This document shows positions 14,626 through 28,302 of a stretch of 64,000 bases of DNA, piece by piece. The first letter of the stretch is position 1. Each line of letters begins with the position of its first letter. Under the pieces are notes generated by a model. That model ran no database searches. It worked only from the letters and a program-made list of their open reading frames with translations, and was not told where the DNA came from. The position numbers were made by a program, and so were the translations under genes. The stretch lies in assembly GCF_009914755.1 (NCBI RefSeq), contig NC_060935.1; one strand, 5' to 3'. The stretch comes from the human T2T-CHM13v2.0 reference genome, Homo sapiens.

Positions 14626-17600
14626 AGATTGTTTTCTAGACCTGAAACTCAACCAAAAAGTTTGTGCACAGACTTTCTACAAATAAAGCATATTTGGAGG
14701 TAGCAATTTTTTTCTATAATGAATTTCGATAATGATAGATTTTTATAGAAGCAGCAGCAGGAATAAAAGAATCCCCATGACCCTTTGCTGGCTTTTAGAA
14801 GTAATCTCATTGGAGATTCTGAAATATTCAGATAAATGTGTTCCAATTTTGCCTTTGCTCTTCAGGGTTCTGGCTGGGACTAATATAAAGGTGCCAAAAA
14901 TCTAATGAGGAAGCCTGTTCATGAACAATTTCCATACCACTTTTAACAGACTTGCAAGGTTAAGAAGGTCTGAATAAATATGCAAACTTTATGATATCCA
15001 ATGGAATAATTTTTCCTGCCTTTGGCCTTTTAAAAATTTTGCACAAAATTCCATCCAAATTCTATCCAAATATAAGTGACAATTTAATTGGAAAGAGTGA
15101 AGCAATTTGAAGTTTAAAATTTATTTTAATATATTGTATCATCTATTAAGTTAATACAAAATGAAAGGTTAATACTACTATTAGTATGTTTGAGAAATCC
15201 CCACTATAAGCCTACAATGAAATCTACAACATAAATGATAGATATTAAAGCTAATCATTTACTAAAATTCTTTAACATTCTGTTTACATTTTGCTTGAAA
15301 ACTATGTTACTATAATTCACTATTCATTCACCCAATAGAATTTGATTGGGACCGAGTGCTTCTAAGACAGAAATACAAGTTAAGAAAGGAATCTTGGTAA
15401 AGACCCGGAAAGCAGAAGTTTATTGAATCCAGATTTTAGAGTTAGCAATAGTGAGACTATATATTGTTCTGGAATTTAAATTAATCTCCAAACTCTCAGC
15501 TTTTACTTATGAACTCTGTCTTTTCACATCATACAGAGGTTTCATATGCTGAAATCATTACCTTGATGTCTGCTTCATTTCCACACCTTTAAAATCCCTG
15601 CAGAATACATTCATCAAGCCAACTTTCAAGGAAAAACAAGAAGGAACTTGGTGTATCAATGTCCATGTTACTTGCCCTACTGTATGCAAAACAAAACAAT
15701 ACATTTTTTATAAGTAAAGTTACATAAGCTTGACCACAGATGAGCTTGCCTTACCCATCATAAGCAACATAAGCAAAAGATTGAGCTTGACAGTGCTTAG
15801 GGCTCACAATGTGAGTTAGCCCCAGTGTGAGTTTTAGAAGTTGGGGATGGTGAAGGGGCAAGTGCTTCCCCCTTGTCAACATTTCAACGTAACCCCAAAA
15901 CTTTTCAGAGGTGGAAGCCAGTAAGGAATTATAACTATTGCAAATGTAACAGACTTTTCAAGAACATGGGAAAAATCTGAAGGATAAGAATTATTTTAAA
16001 AGAATATACAATTCATATATTTTACTTGTAAAATTATTTATAAAAATTAAAAGTAAACTGTGAGGGCCATCCCATGGTAAAATCTACCTCTATGACATTC
16101 CCCTTGCCTGCAGTTTCAGACGTTGTAGTGATGATATGTCTTTCTCAAGGATTGTAATGATAACCCAAACTAAGGCAAAAGCTGCATATTAGAATAGCAG
16201 GAACTCTGATTTAGGACATAATTCAGTTTGCATTATCTTACTTCTGCCATGAACCCTGACTCCCCGTGAGATTATAAAGGCAAGGCTCACTCTGTCATAT
16301 TTGCCACAGTATTCTCAGTGCCTCATGCATCGAGTATGGGTGCCCCTTAAATATTTTTTGAATGAATAAGTAACAATATTTTGGCTTTGACTTCTGTCTT
16401 GATCTCAACCATTTCATTTGTAAAATAAGTGGGTTAGGCTAGATGATCTTCATGTCCCCTTCCAGTCTAGGACACTGTTTCTTAACTACCAGCCCTTGTT
16501 AACAATACAGATTTCAGGACCAAAATCAAAGTCTCTGGGGATGGGGCCTCGGCAATTGCCCTTTTAATGCTTCACAGATGCTTCTTTTGTACAAGAAATT
16601 TGTTCTAGGACCATACAAGTATCTTAAACTAAGTTTAGAAGTAGAAATTTTGACCACATCAAAGTACTTATATATAAAGAGCAAGTAGATAGTGAAGGTG
16701 ACCATCTTGATAATTTGGTTCTCTAATTGCCCATACTCTTAACTTAGAGATTATGAAATTTTTGTAAGGCCTTTCTACCCAGAGAATTTCCTTCATTCTT
16801 GATAGAGGTGGACAAAGATATAGTATTTCCAGATTTGGTTGAAAAGCTATAACTTTTAAATAAAGCACTCTATTCTTTCTTTCTTCATGAAGATATAATT
16901 TTCAAGCTGTTAATCTTTCCATATACAAATATATCACTAAACTAGGTTTTGAAATATTATATTATAAACACAGAAAAATCTCTTTAACTGACAGACCAAA
17001 ATGTAATTGGCTTTCTTAATATTCAAACACATCAATCTTTTAAAATGTTAATTGACATCTACTTTCCTGGATAAGTGTTTTCTTTTATAAAAGTGTAATT
17101 TTAAAAATCCTAAATTTAAAAGTTGGCATTGGTAGGTATAAATTTTTCTTATTGACAACAGAAAAGACAACTTTTTCTACTCAAATTCCTACTAGCCACA
17201 GAAAATACCAACAAAACGTGATTAATAAAACAACCTTAAGTCTTTTCACTGACATTCCCAAAAACCAAAACTAACCGTTGAGTTTAGGATGCTCAATTGC
17301 TTCTTTGTTCTTCCAAACTTCATATTCTTGATGAGGTGTAGATTGATATGACTCAAGGGAAGCCAAAGCAAAGATATTTGTTTTATGTATCTGAACTCTA
17401 GTGAAAGCCAAATAGGTAGGCTTTTAAGGTAGACTGAGAGGCCAGATTTTCAGACATCACTCAAGCAGAACTCATGCTGGGCTCCCTCTCATTTCGATGA
17501 GTTGTCCAAACCAAACACAGCCAGTCAATTCCAGTTTTTTCCAACAGTTTGCATAGTTTCCAACTGCGGAAAGGGAGAGACAATTTTCGTGATTCCATGT

Positions 17601-18544
17601 CAGATGTCAGGCCTGCTGACCTTCAAGGAAAGCTGAGCTTGACAATGGTGAACATTGCCCAGAGTACACAAAGTTAAAATATTTGTTCCTTTGCCAGAAA
17701 TACAGATGGATGTAAAAATAGGAACATTTTAAAGGTTTAAATTTAAACAGTGTTCTTTAAAGAACACATTATTTTGAAACTTTTTTTTATTCCGGAGCTA
17801 TCATATATTTTAATTTAGGTGCAAAGAGTATTACACTTTGATTTCCAGTACATATTGTTACACTAAAAAGCAAAGCACAAAAGAATATCTATAATACACA
17901 ACTCTTCAAATAAGAAAAAAAGAAATTTGAAAAAATATCAATTTCTTTGTGTAGAAGAGATACAGAGAGGGTAAAGCAGAAACTAAAGAGATTGGTTACG
18001 TGATGGAGTAAGATGAGAAAAGGATGGAAAGAATAGAGGAATCAAAACAGGTTAGCAGGGATGAGGAGGGCATGACATTTTTCTAAGTATATATATTTAA
18101 GAGCTCTTACCCTTAGAATCATAGTAATGTTTCATGTATCCATCACATACCCAAAATAATAAACAATAACCAAGCAGGATCCAGGGGGAGCCCAAACTGG
18201 AGCAGAAACAAGAACACATGATCTGCCCATAGTGCAAATAAATAATATAATCATATTCAAGGGAATGGGGAAGAAAAGAACTAGGTTTGGAGAACACTGT
18301 CTTGATGGATATTGTAAGGCTAAAGACACAAGGAACTATTATGCATGCATAAATAGGATTATGCATGCATAAATCCTGTAATATTACAAGTAAATGTGTT
18401 TCTCAAAGGTTTATGGTTTGACAGTTCTGAAACAATGGGTATGCTAAAATTGAACAAATAGGTAAATATACTGAAGATAATAAGAAATGGGTTTCTCACT
18501 GCCAGGGAAAGAATTTAAAAATAAGGAAACAGTAAAAACTAAAG

Positions 18545-18875
18545 CAGTAGTCCCCAACCATTTTGGCACCAGGGACCGGTTTCATGGAAGACAGTTTTTC
18601 CATGAATGGGGTGGGGTAAGCGGTTGGTTTTGGGATGAAACTGTCCCAGCTCAGATCATCAGTCATTAGATTCCCATAAGGAGCGCACAACCTAGATCCC
18701 TCACATGTGCAGTTCACAATAGGGTTCGTGCTGCTATGAGAAGCTAATGCCACCCCTAATCTGACAGGACATGGAGCTCAGGTGGTAATGCTCCCTCACC
18801 TCCTGCTGTGCAGCTCAGTTCCTAACAGGCCATGGACAGGGTACCGATCAAAGGCCCAGGGGTTGGGGAGCCCTG
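18545..18875 (+). mobile_element. MER1B (hAT-Charlie)
   Basis: CAGTAGTCCCCAACCATTTTGGCACCAGGGACCGG...GGGGTTGGGGAGCCCTG; 8-bp TSD AACTAAAG/GACTACAG (6/8). Confidence 0.9.
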
Positions 18876-18935
18876 GACTACAGAGAACACTGTAGTGTTG
18901 TACTGGAATCTGATGTATCAGCATAAAGTCATGGC

Positions 18936-19173
18936 TAGATAGATAGATAGAGATGTAGATGTAGATAGATAGATATAGATATGATTGATAGATATATAGA
19001 GAACTACAGATATGGTATGTATATGGCTTAAAGTACACAAATATATTTTCTAACATATAGATAGATATAGACAGATAGATACATACATACACACATATGT
19101 ACATAGATACATAGATAGAGAACTACAGATATGGCATGTATGTGGGTTAAAGTACACAAATATCTTTCCTAAC
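18936..19173 (+). repeat. (TAGA/TATA)n low-complexity tract with a ~120-bp-period tandem duplication
   Basis: GAGAACTACAGATATGG(T/C)ATGTAT(A/G)TGG(C/G)TTAAAGTACACAAATAT occurs at ~18999 and ~19118. Confidence 0.85.
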
Positions 19174-19971
19174 TCTGTCTGCTAAGGGGGCTTAGAAATA
19201 ATGGCATCCCAGTAGTAATGCACATGCAGCACTCAGATCTTGGTTTCTAAACACCATTCCCCAATGAAAGGAACCAGGGCCCCCAGGAGAAATGGTTAGT
19301 TCCAGGGCTAAGGTCAGAAAAATACAAAATGAACCTGAATATCTTGTGCTAGCAGAATGTAAGGAAATGTTCACTAAAAGATGGGGGCTGACTGAAAAAA
19401 CAAGAGCCAAATCTAGAACAATTTGAGTAACGAAATAAATGACAATATTGGATTATAACCTACAGAATACCCCAAATATCTATAAGTCCACACTAACATA
19501 AATAAATGCTTGTTTAAATAAATAAATGAGAAATAAAGGAAAACTCTTCCTCACTGTAGAAATACAGTTAATAAAGGTACAAGAGAAAGGAAATAGACAA
19601 TTACAATTAAGCAAACACCATAGTAATAATTGTGTGTCATAAAAACAAGATCCATCAATGAATGTCAAAATTCATAGGTGAAAGTTTGAAGAGAAACACT
19701 TTCTATAGCTTCAAAATGTGTCCCCTAAGATCTTTACTAACTACAAAGGAATGATAGTAAGTTTACGGTGGTGAAATGCAGCAGACACCAACTTAACCAA
19801 GTAAAGTCAAAATCATATATATATATGGAATCTAAAAAAGTCAAATATATAGAAAAAGAGAAAAGAATAATGGTTATCAGGGGTGGAACGTAGGGGGAAT
19901 ATGGGGAGATGTAGGTCAAAGGATACAGAGTTAAACATATGTATATACATACACACACACATATATATATA

Positions 19972-20686
19972 TTTAAATTGCATATATTTAAGGTATACAA
20001 CATGATATTTTGATATAGACATATACAGTGAAATGATTATGACCACCAAGCAAATTAACTTATACATCACCTTACATAGTTACTTTTTTTCTTGTAGTAA
20101 GAACACCTAAAATCCACTCCTTTAGCAAATTTCCAGTATAAGATATAATATTATTAGCTATAGTCACCATGCTGTTCATTATAGTCACCATGCTGTTCAT
20201 TAGATTTCTAGACTTATTCATCCTGCATAACTATAACTCTGTATCCTTTGACCTACATCTCCATATATTCCCCCTACATTCCACCCCTGGTACCATTATT
20301 CTTTTCTCTGTTTCTATATATTCAACTTTTTTAGATTCCACATATAAGTGAGATCACGCAGTGTTTTTCATTCTCTGTCTGGCTACTTTCATTTAGTGTG
20401 ATGTCTCCCATTTTGTTGCAAATGGCAGGATTTCCTTTTTGAAGGCCGAATAAAATTCCATTGCATATATATACTCATTGAAATGTCGACAGACACTTAG
20501 GTTCTTTCCATAGCTTGACTATTATGCATAATGCTGCAATGAACATGGAAGCAAAGTTATCTATCTCTGAGGTCTGATTCATGTCCATGGGGTATATATC
20601 CAGACTGCTTGGTCATACGGTAGTTCTGTTTTTAGTTTTTAAAGGAACCTCCCTACTGTTTTCCATAATGGCTATACCAATTAACA
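19972..20686 (-). mobile_element. L1MA (about L1MA8/9) 3' fragment
   Basis: Reverse 3' end AATTGCATATATTTAAGGTATACAACATGAT...; GACACTTAGGTTCTTTCCATAGCTTGACTATTATGCATAATGCTGCAATGAACATGG. Confidence 0.85.
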
Positions 20687-21005
20687 TTTCCTATTTCTTT
20701 GGTATTTGTGCCAAAATCCATAACTTCATTCCAATCATGAGAAAACATCAGACAACTCCAAGTTGGGAGACACTTGACAAAATATCTGACCAATATTTTT
20801 CAAAATTTCAAGATCAAAAAAGACAAAAAAGAAACCCTTAAAAATGTGAAGTGCAGCAACTAAGGAAAAAGAAGAACCAAATGCAATGTAGTATCCCAAG
20901 TAAGACCCTGGACAAGATCCTGAACTTAAAAAAACAACATGAATGGGAAAAGGAATAAGATTCAAATAAAACCTGTAGCTTATTTAATAGTGTTGAGTTA
21001 GTGTT

Positions 21006-21386
21006 TGTGTTAGTCCGTTCTGACACTGCTAATAAAGATATACCTGAGACTGGGTAATTTATAAAGGAAAAGGGGTTTAACTGACTCACATTTCCACAGG
21101 GCTGGGGAGGCCTCAGGAAACTTATGATGGCGGAAGGGGAAGCAAAGGTATTCTTCCTCATATGGCAGCAGGAAGGAGAAGTGCCAAGCAAAAGGGGGAA
21201 AAGCCCCTTATAAAATCATCAGATCTCATGAAAACTCACTCACTATCACGAGAACAGCAGCATGAGGGTAACCACCCCAATAGATGATTCAATTACCTTT
21301 CACCAGGTCCCTTCCAAGACACATGGGGACTATGGGAACTACAATTTAAGATGAGATTTGGGTGGGGACACAGCCAAACCATATCA
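21006..21386 (-). mobile_element. THE1 solo LTR
   Basis: TGTGTTAGTCCGTTCTGACACTGCTAATAAAG...GGGGACACAGCCAAACCATATCA; TSD GTGTT/TTGTT. Confidence 0.93.
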
Positions 21387-21742
21387 TTGTTAATTTCCTG
21401 GTTCTGATCATTGTACTGTGGATATGGATAGGAGAAGCTGGATGTGGGCTATACGGAAAGTCTCTCCGCAATTGTTGAAACTTTTCTGTAAGTCTGAAAT
21501 GTGTTCAAAATAAAAAGTTAAAAAACATGAAATACAAGGTGATGTGTAAAAATTGTTTTAAAGACAACTTTTAGATCTTTTTAAAGGTTTTTGAAGGAAT
21601 GATATAGTTCAGACTCTTTACCCTGAACTGCAAAGATTTGCACCAGGAGCTCATTCTTACCACTCCTATGTCATTTCCAACCCTCTGCCACCCATGCTGG
21701 CTTTTTTCTTTTCCTTGAGCATGTCAGATGAATTCTCAACTA

Positions 21743-21780
21743 CACACACATACAAACACACACACACACGCACACACACA
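21743..21780 (+). repeat. Interrupted (CA)n microsatellite
   Basis: Read directly. Confidence 0.9.
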
Positions 21781-21832
21781 TGTGTCTTCCACTGATCTTC
21801 TCAAAATTGGCTCCTTCTCATTGTTCAGCAGA

Positions 21833-22247
21833 ATTTCTTAGTCAGCTCAGACCAGGTTATACTGTATCTCAAAAATATACTTTTATTTCTCATGTATGCT
21901 TCATGGCCCATCCATTAACTCCGAGTCAGCTGTGGATCTGCTCCCTACGTCTTCTTCATTCCAGGAGTCAGGCTCGAAGAGAAAACCCAGTATGGAATTT
22001 GCTGAGGGAAGAGAACAAGCCAGCTTTCAATAGCAAATGATGGCTCTCAGGGCTTCTCTGTGGAGCTGGCAGGCTGGTGTTCGTGCTCACATTTCATTGG
22101 TTGAAGCATGTCACCTGGCTAAGCCTGGTGTTGACGTGATAGGGAAGGAAACTTCTCCTATAGAAGACACTGCAAGTCACATGGTAAGGATGTGTAATCT
22201 TCCAGGAAACAGAGCAAGAATTTGGGAACAATAAATAATCTATTATA
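21833..22247 (-). mobile_element. MLT1 (H/I/J-like) LTR
   Basis: TTAGTCAGCTCAGACCAGGTTATACTG...GCTCACATTTCATTGG...ATTTGGGAACAATAAATAATCTA. Confidence 0.55.
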
Positions 22248-23899
22248 AGACTCCTTGAAACTTTCTCAGAGGAACTTTCTTGTACCACCTGCAAGTAAAG
22301 TTATCCCTCTTCCCCAGGTTACTTAATATTCTATTATTTTGTTTTATTTTCTTATCACTTACTAGAATTATCTTACTTTGTTAAGGTTTCCCTTTATGAC
22401 TGGTCTTTCCACCACAATGTAAATTCTAAGAAAGCAGATAATTTATCTAAGTTACTCATCACTCTGTCCAATAGTTCCTTGCTCATATTTAAGTGCTCAA
22501 TAAATATTTGTTGGATAAAAGAAGGGCACAGCCTGGAACTCTCCAATTTCCATGTTTTTATACAGTACATCATATACAATGTCTCACTAAGAGCAGGCAC
22601 TGATAAATGTTTGTTAAATAAATAAATGAATGCATATTTATATTGAATGAAATTAAAGATGAAAAATATATACATATATTTATATACACATTTTGATAAT
22701 GGTTATGGCTACAACTAAGAAAAAAGAATTTCCTTATTAAGAAGGGACATTTCTATGCATTGACTTTTTCTCCTAGTGTACTTGGAAGAAGTAGATTAAA
22801 TTTGATTTTTCTCATGTAGTTCCAGCTAACCTCACCTATAAATGAATAAAGCATTTGAGGATTCAGTCTGGCAAATGCAGAGCAGGTCTGCAGAACAGAC
22901 ATATTAACAAATTGTTTTGGAAGTGGAGCAGCAGCAGGATGGGAGATTGAGAGGGGTTGGGATATAGGTGACGAACAGCACAGACACACTGGTGTTGCAA
23001 GTGCTTTTTCCTTCTTTTGACTGGTAAGAGCTTCTATTGATAGCTCATTTTAATAAATGGTACTTCCTTGCAAAATTCTCTATCTTTCTTTTTCATAAGA
23101 GCTAGGAAAGTTCCGTATCAATTCCTTGTTTGGACTTCCACTTCCTCCCCCAAAGGGCAAAATTATGATCTAATTTATTTAAATGAGCATTACCCAATAA
23201 GGTTGGCTCTGTTTAGCATGACTGCCTGCAGTCTCAAAGTATTCACAGACCTGCTCAGTTTTAGCCTTAGGGATAGATGGAGTCAGGGCTATGACTGCAG
23301 AAATCACGGTAGATGTTGCCTTCCCTGATCATAGATTTCCACTATTAATAGTTCATTACTGTAGCTTTAAACTAGATAACCCACAATTTAAAGGTTGCTT
23401 TTCCTCTTAAATTTTAAAAAAAAATTAAGATGAAAAATAGTGTGATTCTTTTCTTTACAATTTTTAAATTAGGTCCCAAGAAAAATGTGCTAGAGATGGG
23501 TGTCATTGTTGGGAAATGGGAAATGGAAAAGCATGGGAGAAGTAGAACTATGAAGCTAAAAAGTTTGTGTAATTTCCCAAGTTTACCTTGAGCTGGCTTT
23601 GACCTTAGGGTAAATTACCCATGGTTGTCGCCATAAACCTGCAACCCATTACTGCACAGACTGAATTAAGATGAGGTCTGTAATAAACTCTGCTCAAGGA
23701 GGTTCAGTTAAGAAAGGTGAGCAATGGACCAGTTATTCCAGCAGTCTTTCAGGGATACATTTTCATAGCATAGAGACCATTAGAGTGAGTTTCTACAATA
23801 TTTACTTCTTTTCAATCTTTCTCAAATGTAGAGTTTAATGATTCCAGACAGTAAACAATACTCACAATGGTACTGATGAATTGTAAATTTTTGTACTGA

Positions 23900-24075
23900 G
23901 GTATTCTGAGAGTTAAATTTTAGTCTGCCATCTGTCAGCTATGTATTATTGAGCAAGATACTTAACCTCTCGGAGCCTCAGTTTCTTCATCTGGAAAATG
24001 ACTACACTAATACTATCTATTTTGGGGCATATTGTAAAGATTAAATGAAAACGTGTATGTGCAATGTCAGGATAT
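23900..24075 (+). mobile_element. MIR
   Basis: TTGAGCAAGATACTTAACCTCTCGGAGCCTCAGTTTCTTCATCTGGAAAATG. Confidence 0.8.
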
Positions 24076-24947
24076 CATGAGTTGAAGGTCCCCCAAAAAA
24101 TCCAACTCTAACAAAAACGCAAAGGAAATGTATTAATTCATGCAACAGGAAATTGAAAGTGAAAGGCTGGCTTTACGTATGGTTGGATAAAGATGTTCAA
24201 TAAATGTATTCAAAATTTGTCTTTTCTCCAACTCTTGGCTGAGCTGTTCTTTGGATAGGCTTTAATTTCAAGTAGTTTCTCTTCATGTGTTGGCAAAGAT
24301 GATCACCAGAAGCTAAAAAACAGTACTTCTTTTTCATAGTTCCAGAAAAAGTCCCAGGACTGAATCTCATTTGTAACTCCTGGGTCATGTACTCTAGACT
24401 GAGACCAAGAGAAAGAATTCTCAGATTGGCTTGATCCTGGAGGAAGTTGGTTGTGTCAGCCTCACTCAAATAGTATGGACAGGAAAAGGGTGAAGGGCAG
24501 CACCTTTCAAGCAAAAAAGGTGATGTTACATCACTACAAAAAAAATTGAGAGTGGGCAAAACAACAGCTGAATGTATTTAAAGTGCAGCACAACGCTTGA
24601 CAAAGATCAAGCCATCCATGAATATTTGCTGTTATTAATGTCATCAATTTTCTGGAGAAGGAAATAGATGGTGACCTTAGGCAGATATCACCAGGGGAGA
24701 ATCTGGGTGACTAAATGCTAACCAAGGATGTGAAATATGAGAGCATGACCAATTCTTCTTAAACTTTTCGTTCCCAGTACCAGCACAGTAGTTGGCACAT
24801 AACACTGCTCATAAATGCATGACAAGTGAATGAATATGTGCTAGGAATCCTGCTAAGTTCTTCTCATCCAATGGCCATTATAATAGGAACATAACTATTT
24901 CTTGGTCTGTTGTCCCAATAGACTCTTTCTTCTGAGAGGTTTCTTGT

Positions 24948-25414
<467 letters not shown>

Positions 25415-25759
25415 TGTCTTAGTCCGTTCAGGCTGTTAAACAAAATACCATAAACTGTGGTGCTTATAAACAACAGAAATGTGTTTCTTACAGTTCTGGA
25501 GCTGGGAAGTTCAAATTTTCAGGGCTGGCAGATTCAGTGTCTGGTGAGGGCCTCAGCTTCTCGCTGTGTCCTCACATGGTGGAAGGGACAAGGCCACTCC
25601 CTGGGATCTCTTTTATAAGAGCACTAATCCCAGTCAAGAGGGCTCCACTTTCATCACCCCATCACCTCCCAAAAGGCCCCACCCCCTAGTACCATCACAT
25701 TAGGGGTTGGGATTTCAACCAATGAATTTAGGGGGTACACAAACATTCAGATTATAACA
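25415..25759 (-). mobile_element. MLT1A-type solo LTR
   Basis: TGTCTTAGTCCGTTCAGGCTG...AAACATTCAGATTATAACA; TSD AATAG/AATAA. Confidence 0.88.
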
Positions 25760-26854
25760 AATAACTAGGCTCTAAAGCTCTAAACTATTTCCAGGTGGGA
25801 ACTGACATAAAGCTTTTACCAAGTTATTCAACCCCACTGTTCAGTAGAGACCCTGCTTTAGGGTGTTCTTGTACATGTCATTTCCTTCGTGGGTAAGGAG
25901 GCAAAAAGGAAGTAACAGAGAATTTAGGCTTAGAGTAGTTCTCCTAAAAATCTGTGAAAATGGAGTAAACCATGTAAAATGTACTTTTAAATAGATTAGT
26001 GAATCAGTTTCTAGCTCTTAATCTATATATTTTAATTTATCATACAGACTACTCTAAAAATGTTAAAAATGCACCCATAGCTGTTTTTAAAACCAGGCAT
26101 CATGAATTTTAACCCTTATTTCCTTTAGCACTTTATGGTGTGCAAAGCATTTTGGCATTTATTGCCTTATCTGATTTGGCTAGTCTGAGATAAAAGCTGA
26201 CCTTCTAAAATAAAATAGTGAAGATGCTGTGTCAGTTTGTCTGAATAACCATATTTTCTCTTTTGGCCATATATCTCATTTTAATGCACTTATGATCATC
26301 CTCAATCTTTCCTCCATCAACTCCATTTCTAGGATTTAGAATTCTTGGCTCCACACCTGAGATTCATAATTGCTTCCTTCTGTTTATGCAGCTGCAAGAA
26401 GTTCACATGAAAACAGTCTCCTTCCTCTCTCTGTAGCCATGACATTGAACATACATTTTCCCTCCTCAGCAATTACATGGAGGTTACATAACCTACTTGT
26501 TGAATTGAAGTAGCATATCTAGACTAATAAAATTTAACCATTGACAGATCCTTACAGGTGATCTGTGGGTAGACGAATCAGAAAGACATATTTGCAAATG
26601 TAACATAGCTAAGCAGAAAGATTTAAATGGATCTAGACATAGGAATCCAAGGAGAAAATAAAGTTACTCTAAAGCACACTTGGCCTCTCCAAAGCATGTC
26701 CAGAGCAACAGGAGTGCCCTCAGGGAGCTAGTGGCTGTTATGGGAGTTTCTGTCCAAATGTGATTATGCAAAGCTCAGACATTGGCAAGCTAGTAAATAG
26801 ATAGCCTTGTGTCTGCAACACCCTTTCTAACAAAGAAGAGCTATAAATCCAGCT

Positions 26855-26982
26855 CTGATGCAAAAACCGCCATAGACAATATGTAAATGAATGGTTGTGG
26901 TTGTCTTCCAATAAAACTTTATTTACAAACACAGATGGCAGATGAGATTTGGCCTACAGACTGTAATCTGTCCACCTTTGAA
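26855..26982. mobile_element. MER58A fragment
   Basis: GCCATAGACAATATGTAAATGAATGG...CCAATAAAACTTTATTTACAAA. Confidence 0.8.
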
Positions 26983-27439
26983 ATAGGCAATGCTAAGATA
27001 ACATTCTTGTACATGACATCAATAATTATTTCTATAGAATAAATTCTTAGTAATGGAATTATGGGTGAATAGGGATGCACGTTTTTAAAGGTCTTAATAT
27101 ATATTATTAAATTTGTTTCCCAAAATAATGCAACAATTATACTTCTTACTGAATATAAATGTCCTTATTTTGCCATGCATTCACCCACATGTACTATAAC
27201 CATTTTAATGAATCGATTTGACAGAAACAAATTAGTAGTATTTCACTAATTTGACTTGTTGTTTTATTACCATGTTTACAATGTTCCTGCATATTGTATA
27301 TTTATTTTCTGTGTGTTCAAAATATTTTGTGACATATAGGTGATTTTTGTTTCATGTCTTTCAATTTTCTTAAAATTTGTTATTAAAAATCCATTATAAC
27401 ACTAAATTTAAGGGAGATACAACCAGAGGTTGAATATAA

Positions 27440-28195
27440 ATGGATAGAATTAATCTGAGTAAATTAACTGTTATAAGAGTTAATCTGAATCCCTGAATCT
27501 CAAGAGTTTAATATAACAAAAGGTTATTTCTCACTCATGATACAGTTCAACACAGTTTTTGGTGACTCTGCTATATGATGTCATCCAATGACTGAGGATG
27601 ACAAAGCTCTGCCATCCTCAACACATTTTGTCCCTGCACATAGGAATCCAGCTTGCAGTTTGGAAACCACTGTGTGGAGGAGATGGGCCTTGCCTGACTG
27701 TTTGAGCCTGAAAGTGACACAGGACCTTCACTCATCTCCTGCTGGTGATAATTCATCACATGACCTTACCCAAGAGGGAGAAATGATGTTGTGTCTTTCT
27801 CAGGGCATTATATCTGGGTTCATAATATTAATGTCTTTATTACCAGTGATGTTGACTTTGATTGCTTGGTTAAGTTGGTGTCTGCTGCATTTCACCACTG
27901 TAAACTTACTATCTTTCTCTTTGTAGTTACTAAAGATCTTAGAGGACACATTTTGAGGCTATAGAAAGTGTTTCTCTTCAAACTTCCACCTACTGATTTT
28001 GGCATTCATTGATGGATCTTGTTTTTATGACACACAATTATTACTATGGTGTTTGCTTAATTGTAATTGTCTATTTCCTTTCTCTTGTACCTTTATTAAC
28101 TATATTTCTACAGTAAGGAAGAGTTTTCCTTTATCTTATTCCTACACCCAGGAAGAGGAAATGGGTTTGGTAAGCATCTAGCCCATCTTGTCACA
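27440..28195 (-). mobile_element. MLT1J-like LTR split by a ~360-bp inserted inverted duplication
   Basis: AAAGGTTATTTCTCACTCATG at left and CCCAGGAAGAGGAAATGGGTTTGG...CTTGTCACA at right; insert spans 27777-28134. Confidence 0.65.
27777..28134 (-). repeat. Inverted copy of the L1MC/MD segment at 19533-19815 plus ~70 bp absent from the donor
   Basis: Manual alignment gives about 16 differences over ~283 bp, including a 99-bp perfect run. Confidence 0.95.
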
Positions 28196-28302
28196 AAATT
28201 AAAATTTAAATACTAGATTTCAGGACTTTGTTTTTTTTTTTTTTTGGTTCCTCTAATATTTATGGCAAAGACTAGTATCATTTTATTAAAAAATTTGACT
28301 GA

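Larger units (their letters stand above)
17860..21530 (+). mobile_element. Old L1MC/L1MD-type 3' region hosting nested insertions
   Basis: AAGGAACCAGGGCCCCCAGGAGAAATGG, AATCATGAGAAAACATCAGACA, terminal CTGTAAGTCTGAAATGTGTTCAAAATAAAAAGTT. Confidence 0.75.
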
